A DNA stretch of 64,000 nucleotides from Tubiluchus corallicola (Eukaryota; Animalia; Priapulida): assembly GCA_030141605.1 (NCBI GenBank), contig JAQGDQ010000181.1:62001-126000 (forward strand), read 5' to 3'. Positions 39,023-52,828 of this stretch are shown here, in pieces. Position numbers and translations under genes: made by a program. Each line of letters begins with the position of its first letter. Within the stretch, counting starts at the first letter, position 1. The notes beneath the pieces are model-generated. The model searched no databases and was not told the origin of the DNA. It saw only the letters and a list, made by a program, of their open reading frames with translations.

Positions 39023-39633
39023 CTGTAATTAAAAAACAGTGTAAAACAAGTTTTGGTTCAGTGGAAAACGTACAAAAAAGCCACATATGATTAATTTTCA
39101 AAAAAAGGAAATCGCTTTTTAAGTGTTAATTTTATTGACTCAGATGGAAAATAAAACACCAAAATAATACACGAAAGTCAAAGTTTCCGAGAGTAAACAC
39201 ACTGTTTTCACAATCTTTCATTCATTGAACAATTTAGAAAATCTATTAATTAATTAACAGCTCTAATTAATTAACTAATTAACGAAGGTATTGCAACAAA
39301 CTTTTTGTTTTTAACCTAGGACAGCCTAAATTAATCATCTATCAAATTTCAACTCAACTGATACTTTTGGAGTTGAAAAAATGAGACGGACAGAGCAAGT
39401 GAGTGAACCACTAGATTTTTTATACGACCTAAGTTGACCCTCGGAAGTATAACAAAGAGGAAGAGGGTATTTAATGCCGTAATATTTATTTAACTTGTGT
39501 TAAATTAAATTGACAAGCATTATGAAACTTTGTTCATAACCCAGATTTTAAATCGTTTTTCTCAAAAGTGACTAGCCTAGTAGCTCAGCATTTTCAAAGT
39601 TTTCTTGTGTAATAATTTTCCTCCAGAAAATTC

Positions 39634-39995
39634 ATCGATCAGACTCTGGATAAAACCGATAAGCCAACATTCACCTCCAGAAAGCCACGTATCGATTAGT
39701 GTATCGATTAGCAGCAAACTGAATTCTATATGCTGTGCATATCGATTGCCATCATACAGTGAATTATCGATCGGCGAGCTATCGATGATCGGTTGGCCAA
39801 TCGCGTAGCTGAAAACTATCGATTTCCTCTGCAGATCGAGGCCGGCAAGCAAAATTTCAAAAATATACCGGTATGAGAGTATTGATTTGTGGATTATTAC
39901 TATTATTATTGATTACATGGTTTGTTACCACGGTGATCCGCACTGCTGATTCATCCGATAATTGGTTACCAAGGTAACAAAGGTTGATAATTGAT
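39634..39995. promoter_or_regulatory. Candidate enhancer: homotypic ATCGAT (CUT-class) cluster plus X-box-like sites
   Basis: ATCGAT at 39634, 39691, 39703, 39741, 39766, 39781 and 39818; GTTACCAAGGTAAC at 39965. Confidence 0.6.
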
Positions 39996-40480
39996 GATAA
40001 GGATGCGAGTGATTGAGCAAATGAGTATTGTCAAACGTGCGTGGATAGGTGCATCTCTCGAGGGAACGCTGTTCAATGAGATAGAAGATCACATCATACA
40101 GCATCAGTATTGCTGCACTTATATATGAGAGAAAACATTATGTGATAAAGCATCAGTATGGCTGACACGTGTTAAACAGAATTGCTATATTAGCTAAAAC
40201 ATCACATTTAATAGAGATACAATCATACAACATCATCTCGTATATCATAAATTATATAATATACAAAAAACGCCAATTTGCAATAATGTATGAAGCAAAA
40301 AAAATCATGGTATCCATGTAGAATATAACAGAAGAGAACATGGATTTCCTTTATAACTTTGCTACAAACACGTGAGATATGTAAACTAACTTCATTCCTT
40401 GCCCTAGCGCATAATGCCTTTACAACTATATATGGAAAATATATAGTTATACTAACTATAACTTCAAATAACTAAAAAAC

Positions 40481-40690
40481 AACAACTTTATTAAAACCTT
40501 TACATTAAAAAGTTAAAATCACGCCAAACGTTTCGACAGGCTACTGCTGTCATCATCAATGGTAAATTTACAAGCATACAGCCAGTTTACATAGGCAGAG
40601 CCTACTATAGACCTGATGATGAAAGTAGCAGCTTGTCGAAATGTTTGTCTTGATTTTAATTTTTTAATGTAAAAGTTTTAAAAAAGTTGT
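40481..40690. mobile_element. Inverted repeat of Penelope-like terminal fragments carrying hammerhead-like motifs
   Basis: Arms at 40481-40558 and 40614-40690. Each reads outward (C/T)TGATGA-T-stemII-GAAA-(C/T)GTT...AA(T/A)AAA. Confidence 0.65.
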
Positions 40691-41618
40691 GTTGTTCTTT
40701 AACAAAAAATGTTTTTAAGTGCCTCTGATAAAAATTGATTTAAATAACTATTAATAATAATAATCTATTTTGTATGATTCCAGCGAAGATGAAGACAACT
40801 GGCAAGCCTGAAAATCAACCAATACAGTTAAGATCAATCAACTTTGGAAGCCTATAAAAATTCACAGAAGTTTTGCAGTTCTGACTGCCATTATGACACC
40901 TGTCCTATCAGAACAACTTTGCAGTGTATAGGCACAGCAGAATTTAAAACTGTCATAATCATTATAACAAGGCTATCAAACATAAAATTATATACGCAGC
41001 ATCTAATAATTGATAATTGGAGAAAATGGTAGATCACTGAGCTATCATCACTTATTACAAAAACATGACTTCCGCTGAACACATACGATGTTTATTCTGT
41101 AAATATATTTATTAGTCTAGTCGCTAAGTGTAACCTTAGAGAATCACTGTAAATTCAGAAACTTTGGCGACAATTTCCGTTCATTGATTCACTTAGTCTT
41201 CTACCAGCATGCAGACATTTTGCACGACACTACACCTATATCAATACACAGCTTATAAACGACAGCTAATCAATAATATCTAATATCAAAAATTTAACCG
41301 GCTATTATAACTACAAAGCCAGACAGGTGTTTCCGTATAGCTGGCTAATATACGAACTAATAAAGGAATGATTACGGATGTGATGGTAATGATGTGATTG
41401 GAGAATCTATAAGAGAACTACACAAAGTGAAACAACGCTACATAATACATATACAGTTGATGACATTGTTTGATTATTGGTAATAATAAAAAAACTATCA
41501 CGAAAGGTTGATACTGTTTGAACTGCTGCTAAAAAGTAATTACAAGAACACATGGAAAGAGCTAAATTTTATACAGAATGAACTTAAGATTTAGCCTCTG
41601 TATAGATAATGATTCACC

Positions 41619-41624
41619 TATATA

Positions 41625-41708
<84 letters not shown>
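41619..41708. repeat. (TA)n microsatellite
   Basis: Direct reading. Confidence 0.98.
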
Positions 41709-41712
<4 letters not shown>

Positions 41713-41719
41713 GATTATG

Positions 41720-41868
41720 TAACTTACACTTACAGCAATATAAGGACGCATAACAAGTAGCGTATATGCCCTGACCTTTGTTACAGCTAGTATCGAACCC
41801 AAGCCTGCAACCACTGAGCGTGTCTGCAATCTCGTAAGCGAATCTAAACCACTCTGAGACCGAACTCA
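41720..41868 (-). mobile_element. tRNA-derived SINE copy (diverged, partial)
   Basis: Shares acttacacttaca, aaggacgc, tatatgccctg, tcgaacccaag and aatctaaaccactc with the other copies. Confidence 0.7.
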
Positions 41869-44800
41869 GAACCCTCCTATTAGTCTTGGCAGCTGAGAAA
41901 AATTGCAATTCTACGAATTTTATTTCAGCATATAGCTACTGAGTATGCATTATGTTATTGAACGCTTTGCTTATTAAGTGTAGATTCAGATTAGATTCTA
42001 TTAGAAAAAAAGAAAATCGGTCTATTTTAATTACTGGCAACAGCCCAATGACTAATTTATGAACACGGGATAGCATAGTGATCAGCCAAGAAATGACAAG
42101 CTTTAATATGCTGCGGAATGCAGAAACAAGGATCAATTTCCAAATATGACAGATACATACAACTCGAGGAACCTAAATGAAAATCAAATGTGACACACAA
42201 GGTGAGCCGATACAAAGATTACATGATCATCAAATCAGCAATGACAGGAACCTTTATCAGTCGAAAAACTACGAAATTAGTCAGTTTCATGAACTAGCTA
42301 CCACAGTCGATCAATTGACACAACTGTAGCTTGACTTTTTACCTATAAACTGATAGAAATCTCGAGGTAGCAGCTGGCACAAATGTATCGAGATTGGATA
42401 GTAAATCACTCGACATTATATAAACTTTCAATAGCTCATACGACCCTCCAGCGATAGCCTGCCTGATGCAATATTGAAGCTCAAAAGTCCGAGTGTAGAC
42501 AGTAATGATAAGAGCTGAGGCAGTGTGTGTGTCGCAAACTGATTCTTTTAAAACTGGCGATTAAAAATTGATCATAATTGTATACGTAATTAAAAAGAAT
42601 GCCTTTAACTGTATCCATTGTTAGCAGTGTACATCCATTTTTTATCAGTCGTTTTTTCTAAACAATACAAAAGTGGATGTCATGGGGCGCCAAAGGATAA
42701 TAACCACAAAAAACCAACTTACAAAGAACAATTTGTTAATTCAATGGTATCATTTTTACTTGCAGGACAGTGGCATAATAACAGAACAAACCCTTTGGTT
42801 GTTAAAGTGCCATGTATAGACGAGAGGTCCAGTTAAGCCGTGAAACCTTGTGAAATTATACTGATAATCACCAGCTTAATTATGCAGTGATTCCTTTAAT
42901 TAAGTTTTCTGAAATTATATCCATTTGGTTGTAGTGTACCTCCGCGTGTATGCAATGAACTAATATTCTTTTACACGTTTATAGGCATAGATAATCTAGA
43001 AATCAAAATTGAATGTGTCATAAAAAGTGAAAAGGGAAGTGGCCAGAAGAAGAGAAGTGAAAAAATTTAATGAAATTTGGATATATAATTATTGTAAATT
43101 GCCATTGTAATTTTGACGAGCTGTATGCCATGTGTATGTGCACAAGAATTTTTCCTTTTTCATTACGCTTTCCTGCTATTCTTGAGATTTTTACACAGTT
43201 TTGCAAGCCTGTGGGATCTTGCCAAAAGCAGAGCTTATTTAAACTTAATGTAGATGTGGGTAGCGGTACTGGAATCTGCTCAACATCAAGGATTCCAGCC
43301 AGATATTGCTGTAATGACAGGGTGACCGTGCTTTTATACACTCGCAAAAATATGCATCTTTCCCTAACTAGTTAATGGGACACTATGGATGACAATACTA
43401 CTCAAAAGGCAGTTTTTCCGACTAATAACCATCCATTTAATAACCAGGTCTGGCACTGCTTCATTTACGTAGCCAAATGTAACTAGCGATCACTCGGGTA
43501 TCCCTCCATTATGCAATTTGTTTCTAATTCTTTGTAAACCTCTTGTACGAAACACTCAACTTCCCAAGACATCATTGTAAAATGACATTATATGAAAACA
43601 TTTTCTACCCCTCACAACAGCGTTTTTGTAAATTACGCAAGTTTGAAAAAATCAGATTGTACAATCGTACCACGCATTCTATGCAGGTCATAATGCCAAC
43701 TTCTGCCGTGTCCTTAAAAGTTACTGACTGAAGATACATGAAGTTAAAACATTTTGCCGCATAGAAGAAGAAACTAAACCCTTATTATCGAGACTTTATC
43801 AAAGCTGCTAAAGTGAAATGTATGAACCTAATACTACCGGCGGCTCTTTACAGTTAATGCAGGTACACACACAAGCAGACTCATAACCAAAAGAGTGAAT
43901 TCAATAGGCTGACAAGATTGTGCTTTCATGGATTTTCTTTTAATCTTTGGCAAGAGTTTTTGCCCGCAGTGACACAGAGAGAGACTTCATTGTCATCAAG
44001 CTGCAGTGACTTATTGAGACGACGAGGCGGAAAAATAACACAGAATTGATGAAATATTGAACAATGGCGATATGGTTAAAGAAACGTCACACCAGAGGGC
44101 ATTGTGTACAATAGACGCCGACGGGGGTAATAAACAACATCTTTACTCGTGCGTTTTAGGTTTTAGATGCCTTTGTATCCTTCTCTTCACTCTAACATTA
44201 CAGGTGTCGGGAAAGTTTTCGCAAATCAGTGTTCAAGTTTTCGCCTTTCGCTGTTAAAGCTGTGCTTCGGTATGTTACAAGTTTCCGCTTTTTGCGGTTT
44301 GAGTTTTTTTACCGTGTTTTGCGAGTTCATTATGTAATGTTCTTATTTCTCTAATATTCTTATTGCCTAGTGTTCTTCCATAGCAGCAACAAAGATGGCG
44401 CAATAACGGACGAGTGCGACCTCTATACCGCCATTTCTAAGACTGACTATAGCCACTTTACAATTGTTATAAGCACACTAATTTGTGGCGAAAGTGCAGC
44501 GATAACAAATTAAATTTTGTCAAGATGGCACCAGACACAAATTAAATTAGTTTGGCTTACACTGGTCTGATTTTGACACACAAAGTTTAAAATATATAGC
44601 ATAGTAAAATTTATTAAACAGAAACGTGTCTGAACAAGTTTCAATATGCCAACGTCTGAAAAATGGGTTTTTCACATTTTTGAAATTCATGTTGACACAT
44701 ACACAGTTGATGTGGATAACATTTAGGGCAATATTTTCAAACTGTTTACTGTAAACTTAATTTGATTTTCCGGGTTGTACAGGTAAGATTTCAAGAAACC

Positions 44801-45680
44801 TGGGTCGAATGGAAAGTGAGGTGTACGTCGCAACTTAAATAACCATTATTTATCATTTACCATGCAAAACTCTTCAAACTCTGACACCGCGCACGATACC
44901 TCATTTATACGATTCTGAATACCGCATTTACCCAGATCAAAGATGGACAAGTCTTTGATATCACTTTCCCAGACTAACAACCTGTCTAATCTTAGCAAAT
45001 TAATTATGCACGAACGTACAAAGATCGCAATGATCAATGTGGAGACGCAGGATAGATATTACATAGACCAATTTGTCAAGCACAATGAGATGCGTATCCT
45101 AATTAATTGTGAAAGATGAAGCCAGGTTTCAGCTTCTCATTAAACCTGGGTTGCATTGGTTTGATTAATTAAAACTGCAGTTAAATTTAAATCAACGTTA
45201 CCATTCTTTCCATGTCATAAAGTCGAAGCATTTTCTTTAGTTAATCAGTAAAAACATCAGATAAAATAAAAGCTAAGCGTATGCGATTATATCAATGACA
45301 ATATTTTTATGTGAATTCAACTCAAATTACGAAAACTTTATATCTGACTATACATTTTCACATTAATTAAAACAGTGCTGTTTTCTTTAATCATTAATTC
45401 ATACAAATGGGCCAGCTATTATTTTTCAACGGTCATTCACAATGGCTATACATTTACTAATTAATTTTTCAATGCATAATATACTAAAAATTATCAAAAT
45501 CTTACATAAAAAACATTGTGCATGCTGATCATGATAATCTACCTACCAATAGGTAGTTCATGTTTACCTAGGTCAAAGTGCTTTCACGTTTGATACAAAT
45601 GACATCATTGACACGCAACTAATCTTTTTGTATTGCACATCTTGTATAATAAAATGGTAATTTGTACAACGTGTATGTGT

Positions 45681-45836
45681 TTATTAGCTTTTAAACTGAC
45701 CCTACTTCTGATGGTTACGTTTACGATATTTCTTATTTTGAAAAATGTATAATTGTTAACCGTCTGCTTATTAGCTTTTAAATTGACCCTACATGTGAAA
45801 GTTATGTTTCCGACATTTCTTATTTTTTAAAATGTT
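45681..45836. repeat. Diverged ~87-bp tandem duplication
   Basis: ttattagcttttaaa.tgaccctac...atttcttatttt..aaaatgt x2. Confidence 0.85.
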
Positions 45837-48040
45837 TTATAATTTACAGCACGCTAGATATATATAATATGTTAATATAAGTAATATATATAAATTTAGA
45901 TATATCAAATGACATTTATGTACTTAATTACAAAAGATACTGTCCAATACACATACAATAACTATATGCAGTGACTGTGTATATTGTATGAAGACAATGT
46001 TGTTTAAATACAATATATACCACATACTATCTATAAAAAATTATACTGTAATACTGATAATAATGACATTATGGCAACACAAAAAAACTAAAGCAAATGA
46101 AAATATACAAACACACACAGCCTGGGCAGTCAATTTGAACAAATTTATGTCAGTGTCTCACAGCATACCGATGTGGTGTCAAAAAGCAAATCCAATCGAT
46201 TGCTGTAGCTCTAACATTAGTAATACACGTTGATGTTGATTAAATTGTAATAAATTTTACAGCTGATTAGAAACAAATTCATCCTCATCATAACTACAAG
46301 ACAGCTCTTTATTGGCAGCTGAGTCACACTTGCGTATTGATCTGTACAAGTGACACATATTTAAATTTCATCGATATTATTCAATTTGTGAACACAAGGC
46401 TCATTTTATGACCAGTTTTATGTGATTCAGCAACAGAAAAGCAACAGTCGCAATGAGCTAACAAGGAATTTCCGGGCGCTCGATCCGACCTCGTTATCCG
46501 GCAAGGATCGGCGTAATCCGTCGAATTTAAATTCGATTGTGTGTCGAGTTTATTACCAGCTGCATGATCCGCGGTTCATATTGCATAGCGATCTCGGATT
46601 TCGACAGATTTCCAACCGAACCGTTCCGACCGTAGACGATTTAACTCTACGGTGTTTTCTTTGATTAGCGAGATATTGGCGAGCAGAACAACCGTAGATA
46701 CGAGTACTATTAAAATCTAAATATTACATGTACAAAAGTGATAAGGTATCGAGTAAACTTCCAATAATATCCCAAAAATAAGTAAAATGAATAATAATAT
46801 ATGCTAACTAATGAAGCATTTTATTCACAATAGTCCAATATAGAGTTTTTCACGATCACTAAGGAAAGGATCTATATGAAGGTTTGTACCAAAGTACCAT
46901 TATAATCATAAGGTACCTAATGCATTCATCGTTATTCTCAACTAAACTTAGTCAAAATATTTGCAACTGTAACTCAGAATATTAGCAAAAGTCACAATTA
47001 CTTTATTGAAATTTAGTGTCTAAAGTCAAAAATCCATTACACGTTATAGCAAAGCAGCACTTTATTACCTATATCCAACTTTTTTACCATTTCCGAAATG
47101 TAACGGAGTCTACATATAAAATCATTGTAATGGAGTATATGTAGGAACGATTACATGTACTCCATTACATCCTACATATCCTCCATTACATGGATTTTAT
47201 ACGTAGATTCCATTATATGTATCCTACATATAAAATCTCTGCAATCGCCAGATATATCATACCAAAGCTTAGTCATAACTTCTCAAAGAAAACAAAGCCA
47301 CGTCAATTCGCAGTCAGATCACCAACCAGGCATAAACCAAATCTACGTAATACAACTGACTTTAGACTCACGGAAGCACGTTCTTAACAACTGCAACTTA
47401 ACAACTGGAAAATTTCAATTGATCAAAATTACTTATCTAGTAAAATTACTATCGAGATTTTAGTGACGAGAGATCTCAATTCTAACACTCGATTTAATTC
47501 GGAATTTCGTGATTAGCTGACATAGTTGATCTGGCTATCACTTCACAAGAACAAGCTCAGTAGCGCCATAAATTTGCGCGAAATTTTACATAATGATTAA
47601 AACACACTGCGTGGCCTGTGGTCAAGTTAAAAGAAGTTTATGTAACAAAAATAGTTATCTCAACAATTGGAAGCAACAACGATCAACCTACTACGCAACA
47701 ATAGTTATTTGTGGTTAATACTCATCGAATCAAAATTATTAGTAGATATTAACTCTCGATGCCTTAACAATTAACGCGATATCTTAAAATCAAAAAAAGG
47801 ATTTAAAGAACCTGCAGTTATTAAATTCTGAAACCGCAAAAAAGAAAGCAATGAAAGCAAATGTGAAAATGAAAAAGTGAAAAAGTCAGAAGTGAACCAA
47901 GAACCCTTGAATTGCAAAACCAACATGGTCTAAAGTGCCAAGATGTTGTACTTAGAATCCAAGGTCTATGGTTCAAGCTTAGATTCAGTCTTGAGTTTTT
48001 TGCCTTTCGGCTAAATAAGGTTTCAAATATTTTAAGAAAA

Positions 48041-48118
48041 GATTAGATTAAATTAGATTAGATTACATTAGATTATATTACTTTAAATTAGAGTAGAGTA
48101 GAGTAGTTTGGATTAGAT
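48041..48118. repeat. (TTAGA/GTAGA)n pentanucleotide repeat
   Basis: Direct reading. Confidence 0.85.
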
Positions 48119-49812
48119 AAAAAATCCTAATAATTTTCAAATTAAAATCGCATGAAAAATTGAAATCTCTTCATCTGTTGAAAAAGTATTGAATCAGAAA
48201 TATACCCGTGTTTATGAAGCAATTATAACGTATGCAGTACGCAAGCACGTACATCTTTATGCCCAATTATGAATACTTGTACATGCATGACTACAAATAC
48301 AGAAATCTAAACATTGCAGGTAGTCAAACTTTAAATTTAATTTTTCTAAATCTTAAAGAGCATTCCACAAAGGCTAGGCAGAGAACAAAGACTCCTTGAA
48401 GGAGTGTCAATCACGTTCACATATTTGACAAGTTTTTGTGCATACACCAGTCCTGAGACAGCTGCTGCTGATTTACTTTTAACATACATTCACTAATGAT
48501 ATCCTGAATTGGACGTTTTTTGCATAAACACCATGAAATTGCACCAATGTTGACTTTAAATGGTAGGAAAACAATGCAATTCAACCAGGTAGGTGCCAGC
48601 ACTAAAGGACGCCAGGAATCACTAAACAAGTGAACACGGTTAATATTACAAACAGAAGCAATTGCAAAAGAATCTGATGCAAAGGTTACGTGCTGAATAA
48701 ACGTGCAAAAAATGAGTGGAACATTTAGGTTATCGAAAATTGGCAAATAGCAAAGTTACAGCAAATTTTAGAAAGGTACCACCTCCCTCCCCGTTCAGGT
48801 TCGCTTTGGATAATGAATTCACGCAGTTTTTATCACTTTTTGCCGGGTCTGTTAAACAAATTTGGAAATTACTCAATGTTGTTTTAAACTGCAGCCGTGA
48901 GTTGATCGTCCACAGTTCTCCTCTCCCATCAAACAAAAGCCCGTCGCGGACGATTCTCTTCCCCGCCCGAATTATTAATAACCGTCATTGTACCACCGCC
49001 AACGTCAACACAATCCGGCACATCACGCATAATCGACGGGCTTTGCTATCAATAAATACCCGCAATTTTTTGCCTAGACGAATAGAAATATTTGTTTTTG
49101 TTGGTTTTACTGGTATCTCACCGTCGTGCACTGATGGCTACCTGTGTTTACCTATGCTAGGGCTGCTGTTATGCTTGGAGGTGTGATCAGTGGTGGGCAA
49201 ACCAGAGGAATGTTATGAAATGCTGGGCGCATATTATTGCATTAATAATCGCGGGGTATGGATATGAATACATTACAAATGATTTCAATGCTCCCGGGGG
49301 ATTCAAGGCAGGAGGGACAATTGGTCCTCCGCGTTGTCGCCTCTTCTGGCACACCTGTTCCTCGGGAGAGGGATTGTGGGATTGCGCAAACATTAGGTCT
49401 GATATAGATTCGACACAGTGTTTGAATAAGCCTGTCAGATAATGATTGTTACAAATCGATGAAGAATGTGATGAGAAAAAACAGTTTTATCCACGTTAAA
49501 AGGATCCGGAGGGCAGAGTGAATGACAGTGAAAACAAGTCACTGATGTTTCGATTAAATTTAAGAAAAGAAATTGATTGATCTACGCACACGGACAATTG
49601 CGACAACTCTACAAACCACCAGTATTTGCAAACAGTGCTACGAAAGTATATACTCAATTTCAAACACTTAGGAACTTTATGACAATGTGAGGCAACGGAA
49701 GTTACCCACAAAAATACATTCGATAACTCTACTTTGTCAAATTTTTTGAATTCCATTGAAGCACAAATGGAAGATTTTGTCTGAAAAAAAATCTCACTAA
49801 CAAGTTTTAACT

Positions 49813-50289
49813 TTTAGCCCAATGTTTAGCCCCATAATACATAGCCCAATGTTTAGCCCCACTATACATAGCCCAATGTTTAGCTCCACTATACACAGTC
49901 CAATGTTTAGCTCCACTATACACAGTCCAATGTTTAGCCCCCTATACATAGCCCAATGTTCAGCCCCACTATACACAGTCCAATGTTTAGCCCCACTATA
50001 CACAGTCCAATGTTTAGCCCCACTATACACAGTCCAATGTTTAGCCCCAATACACACAGTCCAATGTTTAGCCCCACTATACATAGCCCAATGTTTAGCT
50101 CCACTATACATAGTCCAATGTTTAGCCCCACTATACATAGCCCAATGTTTAGCCCCACTATACATAGCCCAATGTTTAGCCCCACTATACATAGCCCAAT
50201 GTTTAGCTCCACTATACATAGTCCAATGTTTAGCCCCACTATACATAGCCCAATGTTTAGCCCCACTATACGTAGCCCAATGTTTAGCC
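49813..50289. repeat. 27-bp minisatellite, ~17-18 copies
   Basis: ccaatgtttagccccactatacatagc; explains the 9-aa periodic ORFs on both strands. Confidence 0.98.
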
Positions 50290-51229
50290 AAAATACAACA
50301 ATCAGATGTGAAAACACGGCCATTTTAAATAAATGATAAATAAAAGCAAATCTTACAAAACAATAAAGCCTGTATGAAAATCAGACGGGTCATGTACAAA
50401 ACAGATAACCACAAACTGGCACAAAAGAGGCTAATACCTTTAAGTTATACACAAAATATGCATTAATAAAAACAATATAACGCAATGCTTTTAACTCAAC
50501 GGTATGCATATACAATTTTAAATTTCAATACATTATTTAAGTTCGTCAGTGCGATCGCCCCCATCCCGCATTGTTATTTCAAACCAGCCCGTTTCGAGTC
50601 ACTTCTCCTCCATTTACTGCACCATTCTCACGTACCTCTGCATATTATCACAAAGATTTTCTATTTGTCTTTATACCAGGCAATCTGTATAGGTTATGAT
50701 TTCTGGTCACGTCTTCTTTTAATTGCCAAAGAGAATGCGCACAATAGAGCTTCCTCGATGGGAAATAATAATCGACCATTATTATAACTTCTTGATGAAC
50801 TTGAGTCTGTGTTGTTTTCGTTATTATTACAAGGCAGTTTATTGTAGTATTCTGTTCATATTTCTTTACAGCCAGCGATTTTACTGTAAGCAACCGATTA
50901 ACACAATTATCTAAACGCTATTAAGGCACGTATGGAAATTGTGCTGATAGTTCTTATAGATGAGTTTAAATTTCAGGTAAAACTACTTAAGGCGAATGCA
51001 CGCACTTGCAAATTGCAATTTTTCACTTTAAAATTCATGATTTGTCCGTCACTAAGCGTTATAATCTCTGCTTATAGCTTGCATAAGTTCAGATAAATGT
51101 CTTACCCAAATCGCCGTTTTTTTTTAAATTTCTCTGTTTAATGCAATGTAATACATAATACCTCAAAATGGACCTGACTTTTATAATTGCAAGCATTAAT
51201 AGTTATTCGAAAAAAGAACACAAAGAAGG

Positions 51230-51580
51230 AAAAAAGAAAGAAAAGCGAAGAAATATGGAATTTTACTAGAGAAAAGTGAAGAAAATTTGGAATTTTGTTT
51301 TTAGTCAGTTGCATAAACTCGCTCTTCTACAATGAAATCATAAACAATATATATTCCTAAATAAGTTATAGGCTACATATGTATCATGTATACACGCACA
51401 GGACAATACCAATGGAAAGCAGGAAAAAGAACAGCGAAGCTATTTAGAATTTTACTAGAGACAAGTGAAGAAAATTTGGAATTTTGTTTTTAGTCTATTG
51501 CACAAACTCTCTCTTGTACAATGAAATCCTAAATAATATATATTCCTACATAACTTATAGGCTACATATGTATTACGTAT
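51230..51580. repeat. ~190-bp tandem duplication
   Basis: gaattttactagaga.aagtgaagaaaatttggaattttg...ggctacatatgtat at 51258 and 51447. Confidence 0.93.
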
Positions 51581-52493
51581 GTATGCGCGGGACATACTCA
51601 TGTAAAGTAATGAAAACACATGTAGTGATCTCATGAAAGAACTTTACAGTGTAAATAAAATACTATGTAAACGAGGGGTCCTTGCCTGTAACTAGAAAAA
51701 TTCGAAAACCCGGCAAAGTGAGACATTTCATTGCAAATAAGCTTATCTGAAGACCTGAAATTCTAAATAATCCAATCCCGTCATAGAAACGAATTCTGTG
51801 GATCTCAAGAACAAATGCTACATATTAAATAGGAAACGCTGCTTCATATTTCGTGTCTAATAAACAAACAAGCAAATAAGCGTTTATTGTTACATTTAGA
51901 GTGAATAAGCTGCAGGTATACGCTGCAAGGGATGCACACGTAAAGAAAATAACATTAAAATCCTTATCACATCAAATTGCCTATTAAGTGCACGGCTTTA
52001 ATCAACATTTTTTCAATTTGCCATTAGCTTAAATTGTTCGCTTTCTGTTCGACTTTTCAGAAAATTGACGTTAAGCCACACCAGTAATCATCGAATACCC
52101 CAAACCCTGCTCACGCTTGGGAGTTATACAGACGGTGTAGCTTTTTTTATCTCCAACTCTTACGCGTTTTAGTGAGGTACTTCAGCTCCAAAGTACAAGA
52201 TAATCGGGTATTTCATTATAAAAGCATGACGTAACTGTGTTTGAATCAGCTTCTAATGCGATGCCAAACTGGATAAGTAAAAATATGGCGCTGAATTTCA
52301 GTGTGGCTGCCATGCATTTGCACAATATATCTCTGTCACATCTGACACATTTCGCAACTGTCCCTCCCTTCATCATCCATATCACTTCACACTAGCTATT
52401 CTGAAGCTGCAGCTTTGGGCTTCGCAGTAGGCAAATCTTAAACACGAACCTAATTCTTCACACTAGCATTTTAATTCGACAAACTGCATGTGC

Positions 52494-52828
<335 letters not shown>

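Noticed and set aside
47920-48010. Additional tRNA/SINE-like heads (also ~30330-30385 and ~35430-35500)
   Set aside because: Only a B-box-like GGTTC(G/A)A is visible; too degenerate to call.
49797-50336. Four overlapping ORFs with 9-aa periodicity
   Set aside because: Artefact of a 27-bp minisatellite open in several frames.
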